DNA of 63,830 bases, counting the filler, from Octopus bimaculoides (lineage: Eukaryota), in NCBI RefSeq assembly GCF_001194135.2. It is 7 parts of 6 records of this genome, joined end to end, with 100 filler letters (N's around TTAATTAATTAA, not from the genome) between each part and the next. Parts side by side here need not be neighbours in the genome. Positions count along the whole stretch, not along the records: positions 19,177 to 28,830 come from NC_068986.1; positions 28,931 to 36,119 come from NW_026411678.1; positions 36,220 to 47,162 come from NC_068983.1; 4 more parts are not named here. One strand, written 5' to 3'. Positions 25,686 to 38,120 of the stretch are shown here, piece by piece. Within the stretch, counting starts at the first letter, position 1. Each line of letters opens with the position of its first letter. Both the position numbers and the translations under genes were made by a program. A model generated the notes under the pieces. The model searched no databases. It saw nothing but the letters and a program-made list of their open reading frames with translations, and had not been told where the DNA came from.

Positions 25686-26365
25686 TCTGTAAGNNNNNNN
25701 NNNNNNNNNNNNNNNNNNNNNNNNNNNNNNNNNNNNNNNNNNNNNNNNNNNNNNNNNNNNNNNNNNNNNNNNNNNNNNNNNNNNNNNNNNNNNNNNNNNN
25801 NNNNNNNNNNNNNNNNNNNNNNNNNNNNNNNNNNNNNNNNNNNNNNNNNNNNNNNNNNNNNNNNNNNNNNNNNNNNNNNNNNNNNNNNNNNNNNNNNNNN
25901 NNNNNNNNNNNNNNNNNNNNNNNNNNNNNNNNNNNNNNNNNNNNNNNNNNNNNNNNNNNNNNNNNNNNNNNNNNNNNNNNNNNNNNNNNNNNNNNNNNNN
26001 NNNNNNNNNNNNNNNNNNNNNNNNNNNNNNNNNNNNNNNNNNNNNNNNNNNNNNNNNNNNNNNNNNNNNNNNNNNNNNNNNNNNNNNNNNNNNNNNNNNN
26101 NNNNNNNNNNNNNNNNNNNNNNNNNNNNNNNNNNNNNNNNNNNNNNNNNNNNNNNNNNNNNNNNNNNNNNNNNNNNNNNNNNNNNNNNNNNNNNNNNNNN
26201 NNNNNNNNNNNNNNNNNNNNNNNNNNNNNNNNNNNNNNNNNNNNNNNNNNNNNNNNNNNNNNNNNNNNNNNNNNNNNNNNNNNNNNNNNNNNNNNNNNNN
26301 NNNNNNNNNNNNNNNNNNNNNNNNNNNNNNNNNNNNNNNNNNNNNNNNNNNNNNNNNNNNNNNNN

Positions 26366-26663
26366 TGAGTGTTTATTGAGCGAAAACACCTAAAAGATCC
26401 ACGAGGCTCCGGCAGGGGATGGTGGCGAACCCTGCTGTACTCTTTCACCACAACTTTCTCTCACTCTTACTTCCTGTTTCTGTTGTGCTTGTAATTCAAA
26501 GGGTCAGCCTTGTCACACTGTGTCACGCTGAATATCCCCGTTAAGGGTACACGTATCTGTGGAGAGCACAACCATTTGCATGTTAATTTCACGAGCAGGT
26601 TGTTCCGTTGATCGGATCAACTGGAACCCTCGACGTCATAAGCGACGGAGTGCCAACAACAAC
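26366..26663 (+). mobile_element. SINE type A, 5' end lost in gap
   Basis: High similarity to 9290-9591, including the (AAC)n tail. Confidence 0.9.
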
Positions 26664-27751
26664 GCTAGGCTGTAATTTGAAAGTAAATTATGATTTGGCT
26701 ACTATTCTATCAGGTACAGAGACCACGAAGAAATCACCTTGATATTTTGATCACACCACATGATCGTTGAATGAGAATAGAGGGATTTAACGTACAATAA
26801 ACTAGCTTCCAATCCCAGGATATATCAGATTTGTTTCTCTTTTGTTGATAGTGGCTCTTTAGAAGACGGAGACATGTATTAGTCTCCTAGAGATATGGCT
26901 GTTTGTTGCAAGAATTAGCGTTAACTAAGTTAAACAGAATTACTTGGCTAGAAACGCCAGCAGCACCATCTACATAAGTGTCGTCTTTAATACGTATTAA
27001 ACAACTGCTGACAGCATTGTAGAATCGGAGACACGGCAACCAATCAGCTCAATAGATTGTGTGGAGGATGACATTAGTTGAATCGTACGTTATCTCCGCT
27101 CTAGGGTGTCTTTCTTTTCATTTTTCCAGTTTAGCAACTTCACAAAGAAATGGCAGAAGAAAAGATATAAGACTGGGAAAGAAAGGAAAAAAAAAGAAAG
27201 AGATCTAATAGGAGAGAAAAGGAAAGGAAGGAAAGGGGGTGAGTGAATAGATAGTGGTTAAAAGAGAAAGGAGTGAGTGGTAGGAACAGGGCTGGAAGTA
27301 AAGATAGAGGTAGATAGAAAAGAAGATAGACGATGATGGGGAAGAGAACATGATAGAAGATGTGGCGAAAATTGAGTCGTAAGAGATGATATATATACAT
27401 ATATATATATATATGTATGTATGTGTGTATGTATGTATGTATGTATGTATGTATATGTATATATATATATATATATANNNNNNNNNNNNNNNNNNNNNNN
27501 NNNNNNNNNNNNNNNNNNNNNNNNNNNNNNNNNNNNNNNNNNNNNNNNNNNNNNNNNNNNNNNNNNNNNNNNNNNNNNNNNNNNNNNNNNNNNNNNNNNN
27601 NNNNNNNNNNNNNNNNNNNNNNNNNNNNNNNNNNNNNNNNNNNNNNNNNNNNNNNNNNNNNNNNNNNNNNNNNNNNNNNNNNNNNNNNNNNNNNNNNNNN
27701 NNNNNNNNNNNNNNNNNNNNNNNNNNNNNNNNNNNNNNNNNNNNNNNNNNN

Positions 27752-27795
<44 letters not shown>

Positions 27796-28830
27796 TATAA
27801 GAGAAACAGCAGCGAGGGTAAGTTTGCGGAATAGCTAAAAAGAAAAAGAGAGAAGAGAAAGATAAAGAAAGACAAATTGTACCGAGATAAATTTACATTC
27901 CAAGAGAGGAGACTGAGAATGATAAAGTGAAAGGAACGCTTGTTAGAGAAAGAAACAGAAAAAGAGAGCGAAAGAGAGAAAAGGCCAGTAAGACAGAGAG
28001 AAAGAGAGAGAAAGAGAGAAAGAGAGCTAGAGGTGTATCCTTCATTAGAATACGGGCGAATCACTTGACCGGCGTACTACATGTTACGTTCCATCGATGT
28101 TAGTAGCGAGTGATCGATCGATGCCTTTGTAATTGGCGGTGAGCACTAGAGATTTTGATTGATGGATCTTCAATCAGTGCAGAAGAGTGGCGTTAAGCGT
28201 CGGAACAAACTTCTTCCCCTAATGGCCAAAACAGAGAATTAATCACTAGAAGGTTTTATTTCCCAACCACCACCAACACCACCACCACCAACACCGCCAC
28301 CACCTCTTCCCCGATCTAACACTTCGCCATCTTGTAGCCGCTTCTCTGTCTAACAAGAGTTTTCCCCCGTTTTTTTTTTATATATATTTCTTTCTTTCTT
28401 TCTTTCTCCCCTTCACCACAACTACCACCACCACAACCAATACTACTACTACTGCTTCTATCTTTACCATTATATTCTTGCAGAAATCCGAGTTCTTCCA
28501 GTGTTTAACCGTTGCTTCTTCCCAGTTGTTCCTCCTATTCTTTAACACTCACACCACACTTACTTATTTTCGAGTGTCTATTTGTATTTTTCTGTCCTTT
28601 CATTTTATTCAAATTTTTATCGTTTATTTTGACGTTTTTCTTTTTATTTCTTATCATATATTTTCCACTTTTCATATATGAGTATATATATATATGAGTG
28701 GGTGCGCGCGGGTGTGTGTACTGTATGTGTACAAATATGTGTTTGTGTGTGTGTGTGTGGGCGTGTGCAATTATATATACTATATATATATATATATATA
28801 GTATATATATATATAGTATATTTATATATA

Positions 28831-28930
28831 NNNNNNNNNNNNNNNNNNNNNNNNNNNNNNNNNNNNNNNNNNNNTTAATTAATTAANNNNNNNNNNNNNN
28901 NNNNNNNNNNNNNNNNNNNNNNNNNNNNNN
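28831..28930. other. Artificial scaffold-joining spacer
   Basis: 44 N + TTAATTAATTAA (28875-28886) + 44 N. Confidence 0.95.
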
Positions 28931-29327
28931 TCAATTAAAGCAATGATTCTGAAAAACCAAATGAGATGGTCTGGCCATATTATTCTAAATGGCGGGTGAA
29001 TGCAAACCCAAACAACTGTTTTATGGTGAACTTGCAGAGGGGAAACGCTATTGGTGTAAACCTAAAAAGAGGTTTAAGGACGGCATAAGAACTACCATGA
29101 AGTCACTTGGAATGGATCCAGAGAACATAGAAATCGTTGCTTCGGATCGAGCTGGATGGCAAACAAAAGTGTGGAGTGGAGTGAAAGCGTTTGAAGAGGT
29201 CAGGATAACACATGCAAGACTCAAGAGAGATTTAAAGAAGGATGGCACCATCGAGAAGACGAATCACAATGACCTTTTTGTGTGCACAGTTTGTGACAGA
29301 CCATGCTTTTCTTGTGCTGGGCTAAAA
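28931..29327 (+). mobile_element. RTE-clade LINE, post-RT C-terminal fragment
   Basis: SIKAMILKNQMRWSGHI..PKQLFYGELAEGKRYWCKPKKRFKD...CTVCDRPCFSCAGLKS; homologous to 58741-59278. Confidence 0.88.
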
Positions 29328-29452
29328 TCTGGTGTTCTGCAAAGGTGGTACTGGGAGTCCGTCAGCGTGTCAAGCTGACAGACCTTTCGATATCCTGAGG
29401 TTCGTGGGAAAACTCATTTACATAAAAGGTTGTGAAAAGGTTGGGAACCAGT
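29328..29452 (+). mobile_element. Possible degraded hAT MITE fragment
   Basis: 3' end AAAGGTTGGGAACCAGTG resembles a hAT TIR like that at 8560-8575; no TSD found. Confidence 0.3.
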
Positions 29453-30174
29453 GCTCTATATGGTCGATCGTTTTGCTAAAAAATAGCAGCCAAAACTACC
29501 TCAAATTTGCATACACACACACACTACCGAGTTTAACCTCTGTCCATCTTTCGTTCCNNNNNNNNNNNNNNNNNNNNNNNNNNNNNNNNNNNNNNNNNNN
29601 NNNNNNNNNNNNNNNNNNNNNNNNNNNNNNNNNNNNNNNNNNNNNNNNNNNNNNNNNNNNNNNNNNNNNNNNNNNNNNNNNNNNNNNNNNNNNNNNNNNN
29701 NNNNNNNNNNNNNNNNNNNNNNNNNNNNNNNNNNNNNNNNNNNNNNNNNNNNNNNNNNNNNNNNNNNNNNNNNNNNNNNNNNNNNNNNNNNNNNNNNNNN
29801 NNNNNNNNNNNNNNNNNNNNNNNNNNNNNNNNNNNNNNNNNNNNNNNNNNNNNNNNNNNNNNNNNNNNNNNNNNNNNNNNNNNNNNNNNNNNNNNNNNNN
29901 NNNNNNNNNNNNNNNNNNNNNNNNNNNNNNNNNNNNNNNNNNNNNNNNNNNNNNNNNNNNNNNNNNNNNNNNNNNNNNNNNNNNNNNNNNNNNNNNNNNN
30001 NNNNNNNNNNNNNNNNNNNNNNNNNNNNNNNNNNNNNNNNNNNNNNNNNNNNNNNNNNNNNNNNNNNNNNNNNNNNNNNNNNNNNNNNNNNNNNNNNNNN
30101 NNNNNNNNNNNNNNNNNNNNNNNNNNNNNNNNNNNNNNNNNNNNNNNNNNNNNNNNNNNNNNNNNNNNNNNNNC

Positions 30175-30960
30175 TACTACTACTACTACTACTACTTTTT
30201 ATTCTGCTACTACTACTTCTTTATCTTTTTCTTCTTCTTCTTCTACTACTACTACTATTGCTACTACTACTTCTTTTTCCTCTCCTACTACTACTACTTA
30301 CTATTCTTATTCTACTGCTACTACTACTACTACTTATTATTATTATTATTACTATTATTCTACTACTACTACTACTACTACTTTTCTTTCCCTCCTTCAA
30401 TTTCTATTCTTATGCTCCTCCTCCTCCTTTTTTCTTCTTCTTCTTCTTCTTCCTCCACTCCTTCTTCTATTACTACTAATACTGCTGCTGTCGCTGTCAC
30501 TCCCTTCTATCAGCCAGTACATGGTCACATATCCCAACAAAAATAGCAGCCAGATATCCCTCGAATCACACGTCATTTAAAATTCTCATAGTACTGTATA
30601 GTCGTGTGTCCACACCCGGCCCAGATGGGGCCAAAAGGGGGCTGGAGTGTAACGACTGGAATAGAATCCCTCCCGTTTGAACATAAGTCATTCATCTAGG
30701 ACTGGCTGACTGACCTGAGGGTCAAACAACTACTACTTGTAGTAGTAGTAGTAGTAGTAGTAGTAGCAGTAGTAGTAGTATTGGTGGTGGCGGTGGCTGT
30801 GGTGCTATTGGAGCTGGTGCTGTTGCTGGTAGCGGTTGTGGTGGTAGTGGTGGTGTTTGTGCTGATGGACTTGGTGCTGTTGTTGTTGGTGGTGGTGGTG
30901 GTGCTGATGATGATGATGATGAATGTGATGATAGTGGTGGTGGTGCTGGTGGTTGTGGTC
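30175..30960. repeat. Trinucleotide low-complexity blocks: (TAC)n, (TTC)n, (TAG)n, (GTG/GTT)n
   Basis: Directly visible. Confidence 0.9.
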
Positions 30961-30978
30961 ACCCAGAAAAGAAATATT

Positions 30979-31557
30979 GGATCTTTTTTAAAACGGGGGC
31001 GCCAGTTTTCATTTATGTTTCACGTAGTGTTTTTGGTACGGAAAGACTTTCAAACTTCGTATACTTATCTATTTTGTGTTATAGAACAGAAAAATATTTT
31101 TGTATTCGAATTAATTTCATGTAAAAAATTGTCTTATTTCGATNNNNNNNNNNNNNNNNNNNNNNNNNNNNNNNNNNNNNNNNNNNNNNNNNNNNNNNNN
31201 NNNNNNNNNNNNNNNNNNNNNNNNNNNNNNNNNNNNNNNNNCCCTAACCCTAACCCTAACTAGACTGTTAACCGCGTAGTTTATTATATAAACAATATAT
31301 GCGTATAAATTACGATTAAACCGGATGAAATATGTCACAGGGAATAACATTTTTATGACCGAGCTGAATAGACGTCAGTGATTGGTTGAAATTACAGAAA
31401 TACGACAACTTTAACATGGAATAACTTGCGAATTCCTTTTTTTTTTGTTAAGAAGACTAAGAGTAAAAGATGTTTTATATGACACATTCTACCAGTGTCC
31501 CAAGTTTCAAAGTGTTTCGTTAAGAAAATACTGGCGCCCCCGTTTTAAAATAGATCC
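30979..31557. mobile_element. Non-autonomous TIR DNA transposon with GG termini and 8-bp TSD (Merlin-like), containing CCCTAA repeats
   Basis: 28-bp TIRs GGATCT(T/A)TTTTAAAACGGGGGCGCCAGT with 1 mismatch; TSD GAAATATT at 30971-30978 and 31558-31565; (CCCTAA)3 at 31242-31259 next to an internal gap. Confidence 0.8.
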
Positions 31558-31739
31558 GAAATATTGGTTTTTGAATGAAATGCTACTACCTACACCACCA
31601 CTAGCAGCACTACCATCATTACTACCACCACCACCACCACTATCACCACTACCATCGTTACCATGAAACTGCTGGGCATCCAGTGAAGCATATCTGACAT
31701 ATGGAGCTATGTACAAAAAGTTCACACCCTGATCAAGAT

Positions 31740-32300
31740 ACTCTCATGGAATGTGACCAAATGAGGTTTCTTTCTCAACATAGTGCCCCCTAGTAGTCCA
31801 CATAGTTCTTCCATCCCTGCTGCAGTGCTTTGACTTCATTGGTGAAGAAGCTTTCAGAATGTTGGTAAAAAAAAAAAGTTACCCACAGCAGATATAACAT
31901 TGTCACTGTGATACTGGTTCCCAGCCGAGAGTGTTTTCTCATGTTGGGGAACAGATGATAGTCAAATGGGGGGCCAAATTAGAAGAATAGGGAGGATGAT
32001 CAATTAGTTCAAAGCCACAGTAATGCACAGCAGCCTTTGAAAGCAAGAACGGGTGTACTGGTGCATTGTCTTAATGAATCAAGACCCCTTTTGTCAATTT
32101 TCCCAGGCATTTGGTGTTAATAGCCTTTCGTAACTGCCTCAGCAAATTGGCATAGAACTCTCCATTGATGGTATGGCCCTTTTGAAGATAGTCAATAAGC
32201 ACAATGGTTTTTGTGTACCCAAAAACTGAGGCTATCACTCCCACCTGCAAATGAAACAACCTTGACCTTCTTTGGAGCAGGTGAGGAAGGGTGTTTCCAC
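31740..32300 (-). mobile_element. Mariner transposase remnant
   Basis: Minus strand VLIDYLQKGHTINGEFYANLLRQLRKAI...GVLIH*DNAP...CGFELIDHPPYSSNLAP.DYHLFPNMRK. Confidence 0.85.
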
Positions 32301-32320
32301 TGATATATATATATATATAT

Positions 32321-32573
32321 ATCATCATCATCATCATCGTTTAACGTCTGCTTTCCATGCTAGCATGGGTTGGACGATTTGACTGAGGACTGGTGAAACC
32401 AGATGGCTACACCAGGCTCCAATCTGATTTGGCAGAGTTTCTACAGCTGGATGCCCTTTCTAACGCAAACCACTCCGAGAGTGTAGTGGGTGCTTTTACG
32501 TGCCACTGGCACGAAGGCCAGTCAGGCGGTACTGGCAACGGCCACGCTCAAAATGGTGTATTTTATGTGCCAC
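32321..32573 (-). mobile_element. Dispersed repeat with (GAT)n tail (LINE 3'-end-like or SINE tail family)
   Basis: (CAT)n followed by ttaacgtc.gctttccatgctagcatggg...ggatgcccttt ctaacgc.aaccac; homologous to 33105-33420 and 35090-35240. Confidence 0.75.
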
Positions 32574-32865
32574 NNNNNNNNNNNNNNNNNNNNNNNNNNN
32601 NNNNNNNNNNNNNNNNNNNNNNNNNNNNNNNNNNNNNNNNNNNNNNNNNNNNNNNNNNNNNNNNNNNNNNNNNNNNNNNNNNNNNNNNNNNNNNNNNNNN
32701 NNNNNNNNNNNNNNNNNNNNNNNNNNNNNNNNNNNNNNNNNNNNNNNNNNNNNNNNNNNNNNNNNNNNNNNNNNNNNNNNNNNNNNNNNNNNNNNNNNNN
32801 NNNNNNNNNNNNNNNNNNNNNNNNNNNNNNNNNNNNNNNNNNNATATATACATACACATCCATAC

Positions 32866-33090
32866 AAGGGGGTATCCAAAATAAACTGGAATGTAGCAAT
32901 ATTATTTTACTCACTTAGTTTTACATGTTTACATTTTTATCCCCTTCAAAGAATTCTCCACTTGAAGCAATCCATCAGTCTGGGTGCATTTTTCACTATT
33001 TGAAGCAGTGCTGAAACTCCTGCAAAGATAGGCCTTCAATGCCTCCATCATTTTTTTTCTTCACCTCTTACACATCTGCAAATTCCGTAG
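32866..33090 (-). mobile_element. Mariner 3' end with TIR
   Basis: Minus strand FADV*EVKKKMMEALK..QEFQHCFK...WIASSGEFFEGDK; terminal TACAAGGGGGTATCCAAAATAAACTGG. Confidence 0.75.
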
Positions 33091-33104
33091 CACCAGCTTT
33101 CATC

Positions 33105-33420
33105 ACCAGTGACATGTGTTCCATAAAAAGCACTGGTGATGGTGCCATTGAAAAAGCATTGGTGATGGTGCCACATAAAAAGTACTGGTGATGGTGTCAC
33201 ATAAAAACCACTGTTGATGGTGCCATTGAAAAAGCACTGGTGATGGTGCCACGTAAAAATCACTGGTGATAGAAACGAAACCAAAACAGACTAGGGAACC
33301 TGGCGTGGCCCCTGGCCTTGCTTGCACCTGTCAAGCTATCCCACCCTTACCAGCACGGAAAACAGACATTAAATGGTGATGGTGATGATGATCATGATAG
33401 CAATGATGATGATCATCATC
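33105..33420 (+). mobile_element. Same (GAT)n-tailed repeat family, with internal 26-bp tandem array at 33129-33270 (about 5.5 units, AGCACTGGTGATGGTGCCAC/TNTNAAAA)
   Basis: 3' end ctgtcaagctatcc.accc...ccagcacggaaaacagacattaaatg(GAT)n. Confidence 0.75.
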
Positions 33421-33480
33421 ATTAATGATTATTATTTAGTGTAGCCATCATCAACATAATATTCCAATATGTGTCGGCTA

Positions 33481-33872
33481 TTGTTGTTGGCACTCCGTCG
33501 CTTACGACGACGAGGGTTCCAGTTGATCCGATCAACGGAACAGCCTGCTCGTGAAATTAGCGTGCAAGTGGCTGAGCACTCCACAGACACGTGTACCCTT
33601 AACGTAGTTCTCGGGGATATTCAGCGTGACACAGAGTGTGACAAGGATGACCCTTTGAATTACAGGCACAACAGAAACAGGAAGAAAGAGTGAGAGAAAG
33701 TTGTGGTGAAAGAGTACAGCAGGGTTCGCCGCCACCATCCCCTGCCGGAGCCTCATGGAGCTTTTAAGTGTTTTCGCTCAATAAACACTCACAACGCCCG
33801 GTCTGGGAATTGAAACTGCGATCCTATGACCGCGAGTCTGCTGCTCTAACCACTGGGCCATTGTGCCTCCAC
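33481..33872 (-). mobile_element. SINE type A, full length
   Basis: Complete tRNA-like head GTGGAGGCACAATGGCCCAGTGGTTAGAGCAGCAGACTCGCGGTCATAGGATCGCAGTTTCAATTCCC through to the (AAC)n tail. Confidence 0.92.
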
Positions 33873-34159
33873 CTGTGTCAGCTATAGTACAGAGAAAAAA
33901 AACTGCATAAAGAAGTGCACGGTGACATAAATATACTTGAGTTTGTGAGCGGATGCGAAGCAAAGCAGGTGTTACCCCACCACCCTTCCTGATTAGTCAG
34001 ATTAAAATCACTGTCACCGTTTTGATAGGAATACCTTCGTTCATAGATCTAGTTGATTGAGACTAAACAATGTAACCTGGAAGCATTTATATAATAGCTA
34101 GATGTGGTAGAAATAGCAGCCAAGTCTCTCTCAGTTACAGCCTACTGTCATATGTATTT

Positions 34160-34522
34160 TACTCTTTTACTTGTTTCAGTCATTTGACTGCGGCCATGCT
34201 GGAGCACCGCCTTTAGTCGAACAAATCGACCCAGGACTTATTCTTTGGAAGCCTAGTACTTGTTCTAAGTTACAGGGATGTAAACACACCACCTTTGGTT
34301 GTCAAGTGATGCTGGTGGGGACAGACACAGACACACAAACATAAACACACACATACATATACATATATACGACGGGCTTCTTTCAGTTTCCGTCTACCAA
34401 ATCCACTCACAAGGCTTTGGTCAGCCCGAGGCTATAGTAGGAGACACTTGCCCAAGGTGCCACGCAGTGTGGGAATGAATCTGGAACCATGTGGTTGGTA
34501 AGCAAGCTACTTACCACACAAC
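34160..34522 (-). mobile_element. SINE type C, near full length
   Basis: Matches 56341-56738 in reverse, with internal microsatellite. Confidence 0.9.
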
Positions 34523-34629
34523 NNNNNNNNNNNNNNNNNNNNNNNNNNNNNNNNNNNNNNNNNNNNNNNNNNNNNGTAAATGAGTATATGCATATATACG
34601 TACAGGTATGTGCATACCGACATCCACCT

Positions 34630-34745
34630 GTATGTATAGGTGCATATCTGGGTACAGGACATTGCAAACAAAACGTAGACGAGAAAACACACAAGCCACA
34701 TAGAGAACATTCTACTTCATCAGCTACACACGTTTTAACACCGGC
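34630..34745 (-). repeat. Dispersed repeat, homologous to 63570-63700
   Basis: Shared AACGCC..GT.T.A.A......AGCTGATGAAG ... TGTGGCT ... GTCCTGTACCC..ATATGCA.CTATA. Confidence 0.7.
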
Positions 34746-35089
34746 GTTATATATATATATGTATGTATGTATATATATATATATGTATGTATATATATAT
34801 GTATGTATATATGAGTCGACTAGGAAGAGCTCTACGTGGTCGCAAGACCTGGTAGAAGTAGCAGCTAAATCTACCTCAAATCACATGCTACTGTCTGGCT
34901 TGTGTGTGAGTGTGTGTGTGCATGTATGAATGTATGTATTAGCTGATGAGGTAGACCAGTTAGAAATAGCAGCCAAATTTCCCTTAAATCGCACTGTACT
35001 GTCTTATGTATGTATATACGTACGTATAGGAAAAGCTTTACGTGGTCGCAAGACCTGGTAGAGATAGCAGCCAAATTTCCATCAAATCA

Positions 35090-35240
35090 TATTATGTATC
35101 ACCATTTAATGTCTACTTCCCATGCTGGTATGGGTTAGACAGTTTGACTGGAACTGGTAAACCAGGGAGCTGTACCAGGTTCTAGTCTGATTTTGGTTTG
35201 GTTTCTGTTGCTGGATGCCCTTCCTAATGCCAACCACTAA
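35090..35240 (-). mobile_element. (GAT)n-tailed repeat family fragment
   Basis: tttaatgtctacttcccatgctggtatggg...ggatgcccttcctaatgccaaccac. Confidence 0.7.
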
Positions 35241-35779
35241 GATCAAAAAATTATAGTTCTCAACTATTTTGTTTTATATTTTTATATATATATATATTTA
35301 CACATATATATCTATATATTTTATATACATATTACTATATATATATATATATATATATATACACGAATTTTACAACATGAACTCCCAGGGAGTATCGTCA
35401 GGAGGTTCAATTTCTGAAGGGCCGCCTAAATTGAGCCCCACTGACCTCCGCTATTTTTACTGTATTTACCTCGCTCCTACGCTTATTGATAAAACTATGA
35501 ACAGCATCAGTACTTAACACATTTGCAGAAATAAGTTTGGGCATTCTAAATACCTTCACGTCCATTCAAATCGAAATAAAGAGTTATAACAGGTCCGTTT
35601 CAAGTGTGGTAGCGTGGATATTTATATTCTGTAGTTTATGAGACTTATATCGAGTTAAAATAAAAACAAAAGACTTACTAAACGGACAGAAATTTAAAGG
35701 AACGTTAACAAAGAGAATAAGGCGACGGTGTAAGGGAGATAATCCATAAGGAAGGTTTCCGCGTAATGTTTCCTTTACT

Positions 35780-35972
35780 TTTTACTTACTCGTTTCAGTC
35801 ATTTGACTGCGGCCATGCTGGAGCACCGCCTTTTTAGTCGAGCAAATCGACCCCAGGACTTATTCTTTGTAAGCCTAGTACTTATTCTATCGGTTTCTTT
35901 TTGCCGAACCGCTAAGTTACGGGGACGTAAACACACCAGCGATGGTTGGGGGACTAACACAGACACGCAAAT

Positions 35973-36017
<45 letters not shown>

Positions 36018-36064
36018 CATATATACGACGGGCTTCTTTCAGTTTCCGTCTACCAAATCCACTT
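35780..36064 (-). mobile_element. SINE type C, 3' two-thirds
   Basis: High similarity to the reverse complement of 56460-56738. Confidence 0.88.
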
Positions 36065-36119
36065 ATTGGCTAAACTGGCAACATGACCATCCCCAAATAC
36101 AATATATATACATACATAC

Positions 36120-36219
36120 NNNNNNNNNNNNNNNNNNNNNNNNNNNNNNNNNNNNNNNNNNNNTTAATTAATTAANNNNNNNNNNNNNNNNNNNNNNNNN
36201 NNNNNNNNNNNNNNNNNNN
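36120..36219. other. Artificial scaffold-joining spacer
   Basis: 44 N + TTAATTAATTAA (36164-36175) + 44 N. Confidence 0.95.
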
Positions 36220-36574
36220 GTGAAGGTATGCAGACTCTTCAAGAATCGATCCTTTTGGTTATATTAATAATAATAAAGGAGTTACGACGCAAAAACGTAT
36301 ATATTCAAATGAACATATTTATCTTCTTCAATATATATTTCAGTATAAAGAATTCATTAAGAGACTAAATAAATCAAAATTTCTTTACACATCATTCAGG
36401 AATAAATATAACGTCAGAAAAAATACATTCAGTTTAAAAACACAAACCGTTCATGGCGAAAAAATTTCACAATTACAAAAACCGAACAAAAGTTTTAGTA
36501 AAAAGAACGCTATTACCTACATACAGGCATCCGATGAACTCAATGAAAAGCAGAAACAGCAACATTTAGAAGCC

Positions 36575-37318
36575 TGCATTATGCTACTTTCTTGTCACAA
36601 AAATGAATAATTTTTTAATCGAATTGTAACGTGATGAGAAATGGATCCAATACAACAACTGTAAATGTTCAGCACAATGGTTGGATAAAGACGAGCCACC
36701 AAAACACAGTTCAAAAAGCAAAATTCATCAAAAGAAGCTGATGGTGTGTTTGGTGGTCTGGCACAGGTGTGATCTATTATGATTTCATTAAACCTGGCTC
36801 ATCAATCACAGCTAAAGTATACTGCAGTTAACTGGACCAAATGATGCAGAAACTTACAAAAAAAACAGCCTAGGTCAGTCAACAGATCCATTCCTATTTT
36901 ATTGCAAGACAACACCAGACCATACATCGCAAAAATGACATTGGCGAAACTACAGAAGTTGGAGTTGGAAGTTCTGCATCATCCACCATACTCACCTGAT
37001 TTTGCCCCACTGACTACCACTTTTTCCAGAATTTGGATAACTTTTTGATAGGAAAACAATTTAATTCTGTCGATGCTGTAAACCGAGCCTTCCTAGATTT
37101 TATTGACTCTAGATTACCAGGCTTTTACAGTTCCGAGCTGGACAAGCTACTGCTGAAATGGCAAAAGTATATTGACAATATGGCGAAAGTGTATTGGCAA
37201 AAGTGTATTGACAATATGGGTGCATACTTTGATGAATAAAACTAGTCCTTGTATTTATAAAACATTAGCAAACTATTTTTTTCTTTTCTATAAATTTCAT
37301 ACTTGACGACCTAATATA
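36575..37318 (+). mobile_element. Mariner transposase pseudogene (DD34D region) with 3' TIR
   Basis: IVT.DEKWIQYNN...KKLMVCVWW...LLQDNTRPY...LHHPPYSPDFAP.DYHFFQNLDNFL...WQKYIDN; TIR-like end GACGACCTAATATA. Confidence 0.9.
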
Positions 37319-37854
37319 TATTTTTCCGAATTTGTGTAAATGTGTACAGAATAATATATCAGTTGAATTACATTACAACACGGTCTGGTTTTCACGTTTA
37401 TTATTATGGTATTTAAAATAAAAATTTTTTTGCACAGGTAGGATGGTGCTATTGAAAAGTCTGGCTTGTATAGTATTGTCTAGCTTTGTTTGGAGCACAT
37501 CCTTTTTTTGAGTTAATTGCCTTCCATCTTGCCCTTACTCTCTTTGAGATTTCAGCATCCATATTTCAATGCCTATTTACTGTGTGTNNNNNNNNNNNNN
37601 NNNNNNNNNNNNNNNNNNNNNNNNNNNNNNNNNNNNNNNNNNNNNNNNNNNNNNNNNNNNNNNNNNNNNNNNNNNNNNNNNNNNNNNNNNNNNNNNNNNN
37701 NNNNNNNNNNNNNNNNNNNNNNNNNNNNNNNNNNNNNNNNNNNNNNNNNNNNNNNNNNNNNNNNNNNNNNNNNNNNNNNNNNNNNNNNNNNNNNNNNNNN
37801 NNNNNNNNNNNNNNNNNNNNNNNNNNNNNNNNNNNNNNNNNNNNNNNNNNNNNN

Positions 37855-38076
37855 ATGTGTGTGTGTGTGTGTGTGTATATTTATGTGTGACGTCCCCACT
37901 ACCATTGCTTGACAGCCAATGTTGGTGTGTTTACATCCCCATAACTTAGCAGTTCAGCAAAAGAGACCGATAGAATAAGCACCAGGCTTACAAAGAAAAA
38001 GTCCAAGGGTTGATATTTTTGACTAAAAGGCAGTGCTCCAACATAGCTACAGTCAAATGACTGAAACAAGTAAAAG
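37855..38076 (+). mobile_element. SINE type C, 3' half
   Basis: gcttgacagccaatgttggtgtgtttacatcccc...gtcaaatgactgaaacaagtaaaag. Confidence 0.85.
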
Positions 38077-38082
38077 CGTGTA

Positions 38083-38120
<38 letters not shown>

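Noticed and set aside
31242-31260. True chromosome telomere
   Set aside because: Internal to a TIR/TSD-bounded element with ordinary sequence on both sides.
33129-33270. CRISPR array
   Set aside because: 26-bp contiguous tandem inside a dispersed repeat, with no spacers.
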